DNA of 64,000 nt from Candidatus Krumholzibacteriia bacterium (GTDB taxonomy: Bacteria; Krumholzibacteriota; Krumholzibacteriia; Krumholzibacteriales; Krumholzibacteriaceae), in the NCBI GenBank assembly GCA_963836185.1, contig CAWIIQ010000001.1:384001-448000 (forward strand). The letters run 5' to 3'. A program made the translations under genes and the position numbers. Positions 10,325 through 22,088 of this stretch are shown piece by piece (positions within the stretch are counted from its first letter, which is position 1; each line of letters starts with the position of its first letter). Under the pieces are notes generated by a model. It ran no database searches. It had not been told where the DNA came from and was given only the letters and a program-made list of their open reading frames with translations.

Positions 10325-12161
10325 GTGCGCATAAAAATCCTGATCAGTTATTCTATTCGTAATGGCCTTTTCAACCTCTTGCCTTGCGCAGGGCGGTGAG
10401 ATCCATGATGCCGCCCGCGCAGGCGACATGGAGAAGCTTGCGGAACTGATTGCCGGCGATCCGGAACTGGTCAACGCGAGGGACGAGGAGAATCATACAG
10501 CGCTTCATTCGGCCGCGATGGGCGGGCAGCTTGAGGCGGCAAGATTTCTTCTCGCGAACGGGGCCGACCCCGATGCGCGCAACACTGCCGATCAGTCGCC
10601 ACTCCTCTACGCCGCCTATATGAACTTCGTTGAGATCGTCGAGCTGCTGATAGATGCGGGGGCGCCGATCTACTACTGGGACGCTCGGCAGTACACACCG
10701 CTTCATTTCGCGGCGAGGCAGGGAGGTACCGAGACCGTCAAGCTTCTCGTCGAGAAGGGGGCGGTGGTCGACGAGCCGGGACAGATGGAGAGGACCCCGC
10801 TGCATTTCGCCGCTCTTAACGGCCACACTGAGATCGTCGTATTCCTCGTGGACAAGGGTGCTGATCCCGGGAAGCTCGACGAAAACGGCCAGACGCCGTT
10901 TGCGATCGCTCTGACCGGCGGGCATGCCGAGACGGCGGAGGCCCTGCTCGCTTCCGGCAAGGGGATGGAGTTCGAAGAGGCGATGATGACCGAATACCTG
11001 CATGCGGCAGCTGCGGCGGGGAGCGAGAGCATCGTCGATATGCTGATGGCGAAGGACGCGAAGCCGGGCAGAACCGATGATGGCGGCAGGACCATACTGC
11101 ATAACGCCGCGATAGGCGGCCTCGAGCAGCTGGCAGAGGAATCGATCGCCGGAGGCGTTGATGTCAACGCGGTCGACAATTCCGGGAAGACCGCACTGCA
11201 CTACGCGGTGACCGAGGGGAACACTGCGATGGTCGATCTTCTCCTTAAGAACGGGGCGGACCCCAATATCGTCGACAAGGGCGGCCAGACGGCGCTTCAT
11301 ATCGCCGAGGACAACATCAGGGATGATATCGTCAAGTTGCTGGTAGCGGCCGGAGCGGTCGAGACAGACAGGCCTGTCATTCCTCTTGCCGGCGGCACCG
11401 GCCGGCTGGAGATCACATACATCGCCAACGAAGGCTTCATGATCGCAGGCGGCGACCAGAAGATCATCATCGACGCGCTGCACACGAATCCGTGGGCGTA
11501 CATGAATACCGGTGACAGGATCTTCTCGATGATCCTTGCGGGGAGCCCGCCGTTTGACGGGATAGATGCCTGTGTCGCCTCGCACGCTCATGCCGATCAC
11601 ATGACAGCAGCGATGCACGCCGAATTCCTGGAGAGCAATGACAGTATCGTATTCCTGTCCAGCCCCACAGCGTGTGATTCCATTGAAATGGTCGCCGGGG
11701 AGGCGTTTGCGGGATTCTCGGACAGGGTAATCAGCGTCGACCCCGAGTGGAACGAATTCACCGAGCTGACGGCGAACGGCGTCGAGCTCGGGTTCTTCGG
11801 GATCAATCACGCCGGCCCCGGCCAGGCGCCGTACAAGACACTCGCGACATGTATGGATTTCGGCGGCGTGTACATCGCACATCTCGCCGACCAGGTGCCG
11901 GAGACAAGCGCCGAGTATTACAAATCGGTAGACCTGAAGAGCCGGGGCGTCGACATCGTATTTGCCGACCGGTTCTTCCTTGCTGACTCTATCGGGCAGC
12001 ATCTCATGAGCGAGTATATCGATCCGCAGTACATCATCCTGATGCACCTGCGGGCCGATGAGGTAGATCCGGCATGGGAGGAGCTGTCGCCACTCTACCC
12101 GAACCTGATCGTGTTCCGCGACCAGCTCGAGAAGAAGATATTCGCTGCGAAAGAGGACTGA
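10325..12161 (+). CDS. Secreted ankyrin-repeat + metallo-beta-lactamase-fold hydrolase
   Basis: GGAGG RBS then GTG 10325 with a probable indel in the signal peptide; about 9 ankyrin repeats; C-terminal ITYIANEGFMI...SHAHADH (HxHxDH). Confidence 0.85.
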
Positions 12162-12232
12162 TATCTGACATAACCGTCCTGGACAGAAACCAGAGCTTTA
12201 TCCCGGTGCAGGGTGTCTGTGCCGGGATAATT

Positions 12233-13414
12233 CTATCTGGTATCTTCCATCTCCCCGTTGACGGGCATCTTCAGGAAGATGACGAAGAGCAGTGAGCCGA
12301 CGGCGGCGATCGCGGAGAGCTTGTAGGTCAGGTCGAGGCCGATGCGGTCGGCGGCGTAGCCGACAACGAGGACCATCAGCGAGCTGAGGACGAAGTTCAG
12401 CGTCATGAAGATGCTGTTGATGAACGACATCCTCTTCGAATCTATGTCGTGGACGAGGGCGAGCAGGACCGGCCCGCTTCCGAAGAGGAAGAGGCCGTTG
12501 AGTACAAGGACGGGAATGACGAAGATCCCGTCGATGTTCATGAACAGCCACATCAGGACCGGGTTGGCCGCGGTGATTATCAGCAGGGCGTTCTTCCGTC
12601 CGATCCTGTCGGAGATTATCCCGGCGAGAAAGGTTCCCGCCGCGCCCGAGAACTGCAGTACCGAGAGCGAGAGCCCTGCCAGCCAGAGCGAGGCCCCCTT
12701 CGATGTGAGGTATGTCGGCAGGTAGATCGTCAGGGCAGATTTCATCGCGCCCTGGAAGAGGAGGATGCCTCCCAGCGAGATGAAGAATGGCGCGAGGGCT
12801 GCGAGCACCCGGCCCGCGTGGACGTCCCCTTTCTCGACCTTCGACCTGTCGACCGTGATGTTTCTCAGCTGGAAGTAGAGGAAGCCGGACGCGGCGATAC
12901 CGAACGGGACGAGTCGCCAGGTCCCCTCGAGTCCCCACAGCGAGACGGCGCCGAGGATTATCAGGGGGCCGAGTGTGCGCGCAAGCTCGCCGCCGAGCAT
13001 GTAGAAACTCATCCCGCGGCCGATCCTGTCGATCGAGACCTCTTTGACCATCACGGGAGCGGTGACGTGATAGATCGCCGAACTTATCCCCGATATTATC
13101 AGCAGGATCGCGAGGAAAGTGTAAGTCGGGGCGATGCCGAGCAGGCTCATCATCACTGCTGTGACGCCAGGGGTGATGATGATAAAGTACCGGATCCGCA
13201 TCCTGTCGGCCATCAGGCCGAGTAACGGGTTGGCCAGGGAGGGGAACCTTCTGAAAACGTCGAGCAGGCCGGCCATGAAGACGGTCATTCCGAACTTTTC
13301 GATCAGCAGCGGCAGTATCGGGGCGAGGAACGCTCCCGGTATGTCGTGCACGAGGTGCGAGAACGACAGCGTCAGAACGTATCCAGGGTTATTCTTTTTC
13401 GGGTCTTTCGTCAT
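12233..13414 (-). CDS. MFS transporter (Fsr-like family)
   Basis: About 12 hydrophobic segments; SHLVHD, GLMADR and SDRIGRK MFS motifs; likely ATG at 13414. Confidence 0.9.
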   Translation of the reverse strand: MTKDPKKNNPGYVLTLSFSHLVHDIPGAFLAPILPLLIEKFGMTVFMAGLLDVFRRFPSLANPLLGLMADRMRIRYFIIITPGVTAVMMSLLGIAPTYTFLAILLIISGISSAIYHVTAPVMVKEVSIDRIGRGMSFYMLGGELARTLGPLIILGAVSLWGLEGTWRLVPFGIAASGFLYFQLRNITVDRSKVEKGDVHAGRVLAALAPFFISLGGILLFQGAMKSALTIYLPTYLTSKGASLWLAGLSLSVLQFSGAAGTFLAGIISDRIGRKNALLIITAANPVLMWLFMNIDGIFVIPVLVLNGLFLFGSGPVLLALVHDIDSKRMSFINSIFMTLNFVLSSLMVLVVGYAADRIGLDLTYKLSAIAAVGSLLFVIFLKMPVNGEMEDTR

Positions 13415-13539
13415 CAGGGCTGAATAATAACGATGCGGGTATCCTGGCGCAACCGGTACGTGCGGGCTGCGGCGTGTGCGCATATCCGTTGAAGTATTCG
13501 GCGGCGCATCGTATCCTGCCGGTAAGGAGGATCAGGTAT

Positions 13540-14013
13540 ATGACGACAGAGAAGGCATTCCAGGATTACTACCCCGATGATGTGAGCCACTGCTTCGGAT
13601 GCGGGAAGCTCAACGAGAAGGGTCACCAGATAAAGAGCTACTGGGACGGTGACGAGTCGGTCGCCGTCTTTACGCCCGAGCCGTATCATACCGCCATCCC
13701 GGGGTATGTGTACGGGGGGCTGATCGCCTCGCTGATCGACTGCCACGGGACCGGCACAGCTGCGGCCGCCGGGTATCGCGAGGAGGGACGCGAGATGTCC
13801 AGCGATCCTCCGCTGCGTTACGTCACCGCCTCGCTGCACGTCGACTACCTTCGCCCCACGCCGATGGGCGTGCCCCTCGAGGTGCGCGGCAGGGTGGAGG
13901 AGATATCGGGCAGGAAGGTCGTGGTGAGCGAGACCCTGTCCGCCAACGGCAAGGTCTGCGCGAAGGGAACGGTGGTCGCTGTGAAGATGCCGGAGAACAT
14001 GCTGAGGAAGTAA
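13540..14013 (+). CDS. PaaI/hotdog-fold thioesterase
   Basis: HCFGCG...PGYVYGGLIASLIDCH...VTASLHVDYLRPTP; AAGGAGG RBS. Confidence 0.9.
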   Translation: MTTEKAFQDYYPDDVSHCFGCGKLNEKGHQIKSYWDGDESVAVFTPEPYHTAIPGYVYGGLIASLIDCHGTGTAAAAGYREEGREMSSDPPLRYVTASLHVDYLRPTPMGVPLEVRGRVEEISGRKVVVSETLSANGKVCAKGTVVAVKMPENMLRK

Positions 14014-14047
14014 CAGCCTCGTCTGCTTCTGCTCACTATCGGCTTTC

Positions 14048-14076
14048 TTGAATCTCACCCTATTCTATGCTAAAAT
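14048..14076 (+). promoter_or_regulatory. Putative sigma70 promoter with extended -10
   Basis: TTGAAT-N17-TAAAAT with TGn, upstream of the FG-GAP gene. Confidence 0.55.
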
Positions 14077-14106
14077 CATTGCAGGGTTAGAATATTTCTA
14101 CATTTC

Positions 14107-17100
14107 ATGACCATCGTTCTCGGACGCTGGATAGTCAGGAGTAGCACCATGCCTTCCTGTGGATTTACTGTTGTTAGCACGGGCAGAGGTCTGCTCGTAA
14201 AAGTCTATGTAATAATTCTTGTCGCGTTACTTGGCGCATCGGTTCCGGCGCTTGACGTATCGGCCCAGGTTCAGGTGCTCGACTACCGGTTGATCAACAG
14301 TCTGGAGAACCTTGCCGATCTTCCCCTGGATCTGGACCTGGAGATGGGCGGTGCCCTTACATCTCTAGGCGATCTCGATGGTGACGGTGTTGACGAGATC
14401 GTTGCCGGAGCCGACACGGGTATCTGGATAATATTCCCCGACAGCAGAGGTATTGCGAAGTCCTACGTGAGTATCAATGAGACGATCGGAGGTTTTACCG
14501 GGACTATCTCAAGCGATGACGATTTCGGATGTGCCGTCGAAGCGATTGGAGATCTGGACGGAGATGGCATGATCGATCTCGCGGTCGGAGCCATGTTTGA
14601 CGATGATGGAGGTTCCAACAAAGGAGCGGTATGGATCCTCTTTCTGAACACCGATTGTACGGTAAAATCCCATCAGAAAATAAGCGATACAGAAGGCGGA
14701 TTCACCGGAATTCTTGGCAACGACTGTAAATTCGGCTCTTCACTTGGCGCTCTTGGCGATATGGATGGTGATGGAGTCGAGGATCTGGCCGTAGGTAACT
14801 ATCTTGACAATGATGGCGGCGATTATAGAGGCGCGATCTGGATCCTGTTTCTCAATACCAATGGTACGGTGAAGGCTTACCAGAAAGTCAGCGACCTGGC
14901 TGGCGGATTCACAGGAATCCTTGACGACTTCGATTGTTTCGGAGTCTCAGTAACCTCCCTCGGTGATCTGGATAATGACGGTGTGGATGACCTGGCTGTG
15001 GGTGCTCATGGGGACGATGATCAGTACAGCTCGGCAGGAGCCGTCTGGATCCTATTCATGAACTCCAACGGAACGGTTAAAGCGAATCAGAAGATCAGCG
15101 ATCTGGATGGTAATTTCTTTGCGCCGTTGTATACAAATCATTACTTCGGAGCTGATCTGGCTTCATCGGGTGATATCGATGGGGACGGTGTCGAGGACCT
15201 GATGGTCGGAGCCTATGGAGATATCTACGGATACTATGGTGTCGGAAGAGTGTACATGCTGTTTCTCAATACCAATGGTACTGTGAAGGATTATGAACGG
15301 ATCGACCATTGGTCATCAAACTTCATCGGTTCACTGAGTAACAATGATTTTTTTGGTTATGGTGTATCTTCCACGGGAGATATCGATGGCGACGGCGTTC
15401 TGGATTTTGTTGTCGGAGCCTGGGGAGACGACGACTGCGTGAACAATAGTGGATCGGTCTGGTTTCTTATGATGAACAGCGATGGGACGCTTAAGACAAA
15501 CCAGAAAGTCAGCTGTTCGGTGGGTGGTCTCATCGGGATGATGGAGAATTACGAACAGTTTGGTTCGTCCGCTGCGGCAATAGGGGATTGGGATGGAAAC
15601 GGAGTGCCGGATATCGCAGTAGGAGCGGTCAAGGATATTGAGAGGTACGCGAGGGAGGGGGCGATCTGGATCCTCCTCATGGATAGCAACGGGGAGGTGG
15701 AATCTTACCAGAAGATAAGCGCTGTTTCAGGCGATTTCCCGGCCGATATAGATTTTAATGATGCTTTTGGTTGTGCTGTTGATTCGATAGGGGATCTGGA
15801 CAGCAACGGCTATACGGATCTGGTTGTCGGAGCGTGCTGGGACGATGATGGTGACACTGACAACGGTGCGGTGTATGTCCTTATGATGAACGCCGATTAC
15901 AAGGTCGATTCATACGTGAAGATCAGTGATACCTCGGGTGGTTTTACCGGAACCTTATCTGCCGGCTGTCAGTTTGGGAGTTCGGTGGCATCGCTGGGCG
16001 ATCTGGACGAAGATGGAGTCAGCGATATAGCCGTCGGTGCCGTTCAGGATGCCGATGGCGGCAACAGCGGAGCGGTATGGATACTCTTTCTGAATCCAAA
16101 CGGTACCGTCAAGGCCCATCAGAAGATCAGCGCGGCGGCGGGCGATTTCACAGGAGTTCTGGGCACCGACGACTATTTCGGATCTTCCGTCGCCAATCTC
16201 GGTGACCTCGACAGTGACGGTATTGTGGATATGGCCGTCGGTGCTAGGCTGGACGATGACGGGTATAGCAACGCTGGAGCGGTGTGGATACTCTTTCTAG
16301 ACAGCGATGGATCGGTGAAATCGTATCAGAAACTCAGTGCGACAGAAGGTGGATTCCCAGGCCCGGAATATGTTGACGAGGCATTTGGATGCGATGTCGC
16401 TAGAGCGGGTGACCTCGACGGTGATGGTCTTCAGGACCTTCTCGTGGGAGCATACGGTGACTACGATGGAGGGAGCGTCAAAGGCCTCGTGTGGGTCCTG
16501 TTGCTGAACGCCGACGGTACAGTGCGATCGTACTCGAAGATCAGTGATTCGTCGGGAAATTTCTCGGGATACATCACCTCTGACGATCAGTTCGGATTCG
16601 CGGTTGCGGGGCCTGGTGATATTGACGGGAACGGCATGAACGATATCATTATCGGGGCTCCGTTCGACGATAATGGTTCTTCCGCAACTTACCAGAGAGG
16701 TTCGATCTGGGCTGTTATGCTCGAACAGGAACCTTCCTCGTGCGATGTTTCCCTGAGCAGCATACTTTTCGAAGTGGAGGGTGTCGGTTCGTACCGCGAT
16801 ACGACCATTACGATCACGAATGCCGGAGGTTACACCCTTTCCGGAACGATCTCCGAGAGCAGTGATCATTTCAGCATCATATCCGGGGGAGGTGCGTACT
16901 CTATCGTTCCGGATCACTTCCTTGATGTCACGATCAGGTATGAACCGTTATCAGCCGGAACACACTACTGTACGATTGAAACAGGCGATGCGCTATGTAC
17001 GGATGTCTCGTGCACGGGTACGACTACTCTAACTGTCACAGTGGCCACAGTGCCTCCCGGTCTGCTGGTCAATGTTGACATGGCATACCATACAGCGCCG

Positions 17101-18372
17101 TACCAGTTTATAACAGGTAGCGGAGTCATGCACTTTATCGGCACGGACTACCAGCAGGTAAAGAATGACACTACATACATCTTCACCGGCTGGGGCGATG
17201 GTGGCGCAGTAACTCGTTACATTACAACCGGAGTGGCGGATACTGTTTTTACTGCCTTTTTCAAGGACTTTACCAGTTGTGCGGTGATCGATTCGATAGT
17301 CGACGTACCAGACGACCAGGGGGGATGGGCGAGGATCTATTTCAAGAGGTCGATGTATGATGCTGCAGACGAGGCCCTGTACCCGATCTCAGGATACAAT
17401 ATATACAGGCGTATCAGTCAGGCCCCTCTTGTATCGAACGTTCTTTCGGGGGGAGAAAAGGTAGACGGAGAAAGACTCTCGCAGTATGTCAGCGATCAGC
17501 CCGGTCCGTTTCCGGTGGCCATGAAGAGCGATGTTTCGGAATACTACCTGTACGATGATCGTCTGTTCATGCTGAGCCGGGATGTTCTGGCGGCAGCGCC
17601 TCCAGGCCTCTGGGAGTTCATTTCAAGCATATACGCGACCCAGCAGGAACAGTATGTTCTGCTGGCGCCTACTCGAGCAGATTCGTCTGCTGTGATACCG
17701 TGGGAGGCGTTCTACATTTCGGCACATTCGACGACGCCGTCGGTCTATTTCGAGAGCCCGCCTGACAGCGGTTATTCCGTTGACAACATTGCACCGGGGG
17801 TGCCGCTCGGCCTTTCGATCGCGTACAACACCGGGAGTGGGAACGAATTGACATGGGTTTCCTCTCCTGAAGAGGATTTCCAGTATTACCGGATATACCG
17901 CGACGCGGATGAGGCTTTCGTGCATGGTCCCGGAAATCTCGTGCACCAGACATCGGATCCACAGTGGACGGATCTGGCGCATGACGGATCGGACGTTTAC
18001 TACAAGGTCACTGCACTGGATTATGCCGGGAATGAGAGTAATCCCGCGTCAGCAGGTGTTACGACCGATGTTGAAGATGCGCAGCTTCCCAATGCGTTTG
18101 CGCTGGGGCAGAATGTGCCCAACCCGTTCAATCCATCGACCACTGTCTACTACAATGTGCCCGAGGGTGGGGGAGATGTTTCCATACGTGTGTTCGACGT
18201 ATCAGGACGGCTTGTGAAGACGCTTGTCGATGGTCAGCAGGCAGCAGGCTCCAGGGCTGTCACCTGGAACGGCACGAACGATCACGGTCAGTCCGTTTCG
18301 AGCGGCATCTACTTCTACCGGATGTCTGCGCCTGGATTTACGAGGACGCGCAAGATGGTACTCTTGAGGTGA
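14107..18372 (+). CDS. Secreted FG-GAP (integrin-alpha-like) repeat protein with Ig-like domains, pre-CTD module and FlgD-Ig/T9SS-like CTD
   Basis: 12 repeats of FGxxVxxxGDxDxDGxxDxxVGA; signal peptide around aa 31-54 (true start probably near 14195); C-terminus QNVPNPFNP...RKMVLLR. Confidence 0.9.
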   Translation: MTIVLGRWIVRSSTMPSCGFTVVSTGRGLLVKVYVIILVALLGASVPALDVSAQVQVLDYRLINSLENLADLPLDLDLEMGGALTSLGDLDGDGVDEIVAGADTGIWIIFPDSRGIAKSYVSINETIGGFTGTISSDDDFGCAVEAIGDLDGDGMIDLAVGAMFDDDGGSNKGAVWILFLNTDCTVKSHQKISDTEGGFTGILGNDCKFGSSLGALGDMDGDGVEDLAVGNYLDNDGGDYRGAIWILFLNTNGTVKAYQKVSDLAGGFTGILDDFDCFGVSVTSLGDLDNDGVDDLAVGAHGDDDQYSSAGAVWILFMNSNGTVKANQKISDLDGNFFAPLYTNHYFGADLASSGDIDGDGVEDLMVGAYGDIYGYYGVGRVYMLFLNTNGTVKDYERIDHWSSNFIGSLSNNDFFGYGVSSTGDIDGDGVLDFVVGAWGDDDCVNNSGSVWFLMMNSDGTLKTNQKVSCSVGGLIGMMENYEQFGSSAAAIGDWDGNGVPDIAVGAVKDIERYAREGAIWILLMDSNGEVESYQKISAVSGDFPADIDFNDAFGCAVDSIGDLDSNGYTDLVVGACWDDDGDTDNGAVYVLMMNADYKVDSYVKISDTSGGFTGTLSAGCQFGSSVASLGDLDEDGVSDIAVGAVQDADGGNSGAVWILFLNPNGTVKAHQKISAAAGDFTGVLGTDDYFGSSVANLGDLDSDGIVDMAVGARLDDDGYSNAGAVWILFLDSDGSVKSYQKLSATEGGFPGPEYVDEAFGCDVARAGDLDGDGLQDLLVGAYGDYDGGSVKGLVWVLLLNADGTVRSYSKISDSSGNFSGYITSDDQFGFAVAGPGDIDGNGMNDIIIGAPFDDNGSSATYQRGSIWAVMLEQEPSSCDVSLSSILFEVEGVGSYRDTTITITNAGGYTLSGTISESSDHFSIISGGGAYSIVPDHFLDVTIRYEPLSAGTHYCTIETGDALCTDVSCTGTTTLTVTVATVPPGLLVNVDMAYHTAPYQFITGSGVMHFIGTDYQQVKNDTTYIFTGWGDGGAVTRYITTGVADTVFTAFFKDFTSCAVIDSIVDVPDDQGGWARIYFKRSMYDAADEALYPISGYNIYRRISQAPLVSNVLSGGEKVDGERLSQYVSDQPGPFPVAMKSDVSEYYLYDDRLFMLSRDVLAAAPPGLWEFISSIYATQQEQYVLLAPTRADSSAVIPWEAFYISAHSTTPSVYFESPPDSGYSVDNIAPGVPLGLSIAYNTGSGNELTWVSSPEEDFQYYRIYRDADEAFVHGPGNLVHQTSDPQWTDLAHDGSDVYYKVTALDYAGNESNPASAGVTTDVEDAQLPNAFALGQNVPNPFNPSTTVYYNVPEGGGDVSIRVFDVSGRLVKTLVDGQQAAGSRAVTWNGTNDHGQSVSSGIYFYRMSAPGFTRTRKMVLLR

Positions 18373-18465
18373 TCATCAGCCGGCGTTGTCGCCGGATTAC
18401 CGATAATCATGCGTCGCCCGGATTTCAGAGCGCGTGATGATGTGATCCGGGACAGTCGAAGCGTG

Positions 18466-19429
18466 CTATTCGGATCTGTATTTCGTTTTTATTTTGCCCC
18501 AGGAAGCCGCTTCCTGTCTGTACGGGGCCACATCCCACTGACAGTGCGCCTATCAATCCGCAGGCAGCGCTGTTTGGGTCTTTGTCCGCGACGCAGGGCG
18601 AATCAGACTGAAGGTAGTAATTGTAACTTCCGGGTATTCCGCAATATTGAGGATCGAGAGACAGGTTTCCGTCTATCCCTTCCTGCTGGGAAATCGATCC
18701 GACCCAGTCTCCTCCTGCATTGTTGTACAGGTTTGAACATAAAAGGACCGCCGATCCTCCAGCGGTAGTGGATATCGCAGGACCCAGGGAGCTGTTGGAT
18801 ATGATCGAATATTCGACTATCGCGCTGCTCATGTCCGCGCAGGCGATGGCGGCTCCATAGTCGTATTCTGATTCACACCTGTTATTGTCGAAGGTACAGT
18901 TTGTCACGGTGCAGTTATCCACGAATTCCAGGTAGATGCCAGCTCCTTCGAAACTGCTGTTGTCGTGGAATATACACCACCCGATTCCGACTGTCATAAC
19001 CGTTGTGAAAGCTATACTGCCTCCGTGCCTTGCTTCGTTGCCCCTGAAGATGCAATTGTAGAAGAGCGGCGCACGTCCCGAACAATAGATAGCGCCTCCA
19101 CTGGATGCATGAAATCCGTTCGCGAATGTCATTCCCTGGACCATGACTTCGTGAGCAGAGATGGTCAACGCCCTGCACGTCGAATCACAATCAATGATAC
19201 ATGCTTCGGGATCGTTGGATTCTGACATGAGCATGATCCCGGTAGAGATTGTAAGGTCGACATTTCCAGTTCCGCCGTATGTCCCATCGGCGATCAGTAT
19301 CGTGTCGCCTGCAGAAACAGCATCCAGCGCATCCTGAATTGTGCCGTACTGACCGGGGACTTTCAGGGTATTGGCGGTACATGCTCCTGACAGGACAGCA
19401 AGAACCGCAATAACTGACATGAATTTCAT
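18466..19429 (-). CDS. Secreted right-handed beta-helix protein with C-terminal SWGxIKxxYR motif (hidden by a frameshift at about 18513)
   Basis: VPGQYGTIQDALD...GDTILIADGTY start and GGAIYC repeats; the alternative frame reads ...GCGPVQT/EAASWGKIKTKYRSE* with stop at 18466-18468. Confidence 0.8.
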
Positions 19430-19511
19430 TGAGATGCCCCTCCCGTTTGACTATTAACGAGAGAGAGATACTACCACAACAGACATCGATATATCAAGGA
19501 AGGCAGTGTGG

Positions 19512-20759
<1,248 letters not shown>

Positions 20760-20775
20760 GGTTAAGCCAGAGCTC

Positions 20776-22014
20776 CTATTCGTATGACAGTGCGACTACC
20801 GGATCGAGTTTTGCCGCGCGCATCGCGGGCAGCAGTCCGGAGACAATGCCCACCGCGAACGAAACGATGATACCGACTATCACTATCGGCACAGACAGTG
20901 ATGCCGGCATGATAGTCGCGTTTATCAGTGCTGCTATCCCGTATGACAACACCAGGCCTATCAGGCCTCCGATCGTGCATAGAGCGCACGATTCGAAGAT
21001 GAATTCTGTAAGGATCATCCTGCGCCTCGCTCCGACCGCCTTGCGAAGGCCGATCTCGCGTGTCCTCTCGGTGACAGAGACGAGCATGATGTTCATCACG
21101 CCGATTCCGCCGACGAAGAGGGAGAAGCTTGTGATGATGAACCCGATCAGTATCACGACACCCATGACGTTGTTGTAGGCGGTCATCAGGCTGTCCATGC
21201 TGTTGATCGAGAAGTTGTCCGGTTCGGTGGGCTTCAGCTTGCGTATCTTTCGCATCTCACTGACCAGTTCGTAACGGAACGCCTCGAGCTGGGCCTGGTC
21301 CGGCGCCTTGGCGGCGATGTCGAAACCCCGGTTCCTGCTTCCGTAGGCTTTCGTGAAGCTTGTAATCGGGATCGATATATGCCTGTCGAAGTTAGGGCCG
21401 CCGAAAAAGCCGCCGCTGCCCTGGGATTCCATCACGCCTACTACACGGAACTTGTACCGTCCAATCTTTATGTCTTTGTTCAGCGGGTCGGCTTCCTTGA
21501 AGAGGTGCTCGCGGATCTCGGAGCCGATGACGCAGATGAACCTGCGATTGTGGACGTCAGAAGCACTGAAGAATCGGCCGTTTTCGGGGACGCCGCTCGC
21601 CACTAGCATCTGCTTGTCGGTGGTCCCTATCACGACTATGTTCTCGAGTACCGTCGAGCGGTACTTGACGTTCCGGGTGGTCGCAGTCGACGGATTGACC
21701 GCCTTCGTGGATTTCAGCCGGCGGGCGAGTTCCTCAGTCTCGTCGTACGTGATCTGCGGGCGGTTTCGGTACTGGAAGAAGTCACCCGTGATTATCCACG
21801 GCATACGCGATACATAGAGGACATCCGAGCCGACAGACGAGATGCTCTCCTTGAAGTTGTTGCCGAGGCCGTTCGAGACAGTCATCGTAGTTGCGATCGC
21901 GAGGATGCCGATGACGATGCCAAGGGTCGTCAATGTCGCCCGTCTCATATTCGACCGCAGCGCCCTGAGGGCGATGCCCATCGATTCCCTGATGTAGTAT
22001 ACAAATGACCGCAT
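20776..22014 (-). CDS. MacB/FtsX-family ABC transporter permease
   Basis: RATLTTLGIVIGI...GGIGVMNIMLVSVTERTREIGLRKAVGA...DPVVALSYE. Confidence 0.95.
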   Translation of the reverse strand: MRSFVYYIRESMGIALRALRSNMRRATLTTLGIVIGILAIATTMTVSNGLGNNFKESISSVGSDVLYVSRMPWIITGDFFQYRNRPQITYDETEELARRLKSTKAVNPSTATTRNVKYRSTVLENIVVIGTTDKQMLVASGVPENGRFFSASDVHNRRFICVIGSEIREHLFKEADPLNKDIKIGRYKFRVVGVMESQGSGGFFGGPNFDRHISIPITSFTKAYGSRNRGFDIAAKAPDQAQLEAFRYELVSEMRKIRKLKPTEPDNFSINSMDSLMTAYNNVMGVVILIGFIITSFSLFVGGIGVMNIMLVSVTERTREIGLRKAVGARRRMILTEFIFESCALCTIGGLIGLVLSYGIAALINATIMPASLSVPIVIVGIIVSFAVGIVSGLLPAMRAAKLDPVVALSYE

Positions 22015-22088
22015 AATCAGTAGCAGAATCAGTAACAGTGTTCAGCGCCCCTGTCGCTCGGGACTTGACGTGGAGCTGTTCGCTGCTT

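Noticed and set aside
10371-12047. Long antisense ORFs (also 6968-7915, 19506-20438, 22393-23091, 55144-56127, 58994-59779 and others)
   Set aside because: Shadow frames of well-supported genes in GC-rich DNA; no recognisable motifs.
18380-18395. Hairpin CCGGCG-TTGT-CGCCGG between convergent genes
   Set aside because: Short stem with no U-tract; too weak to call a terminator.
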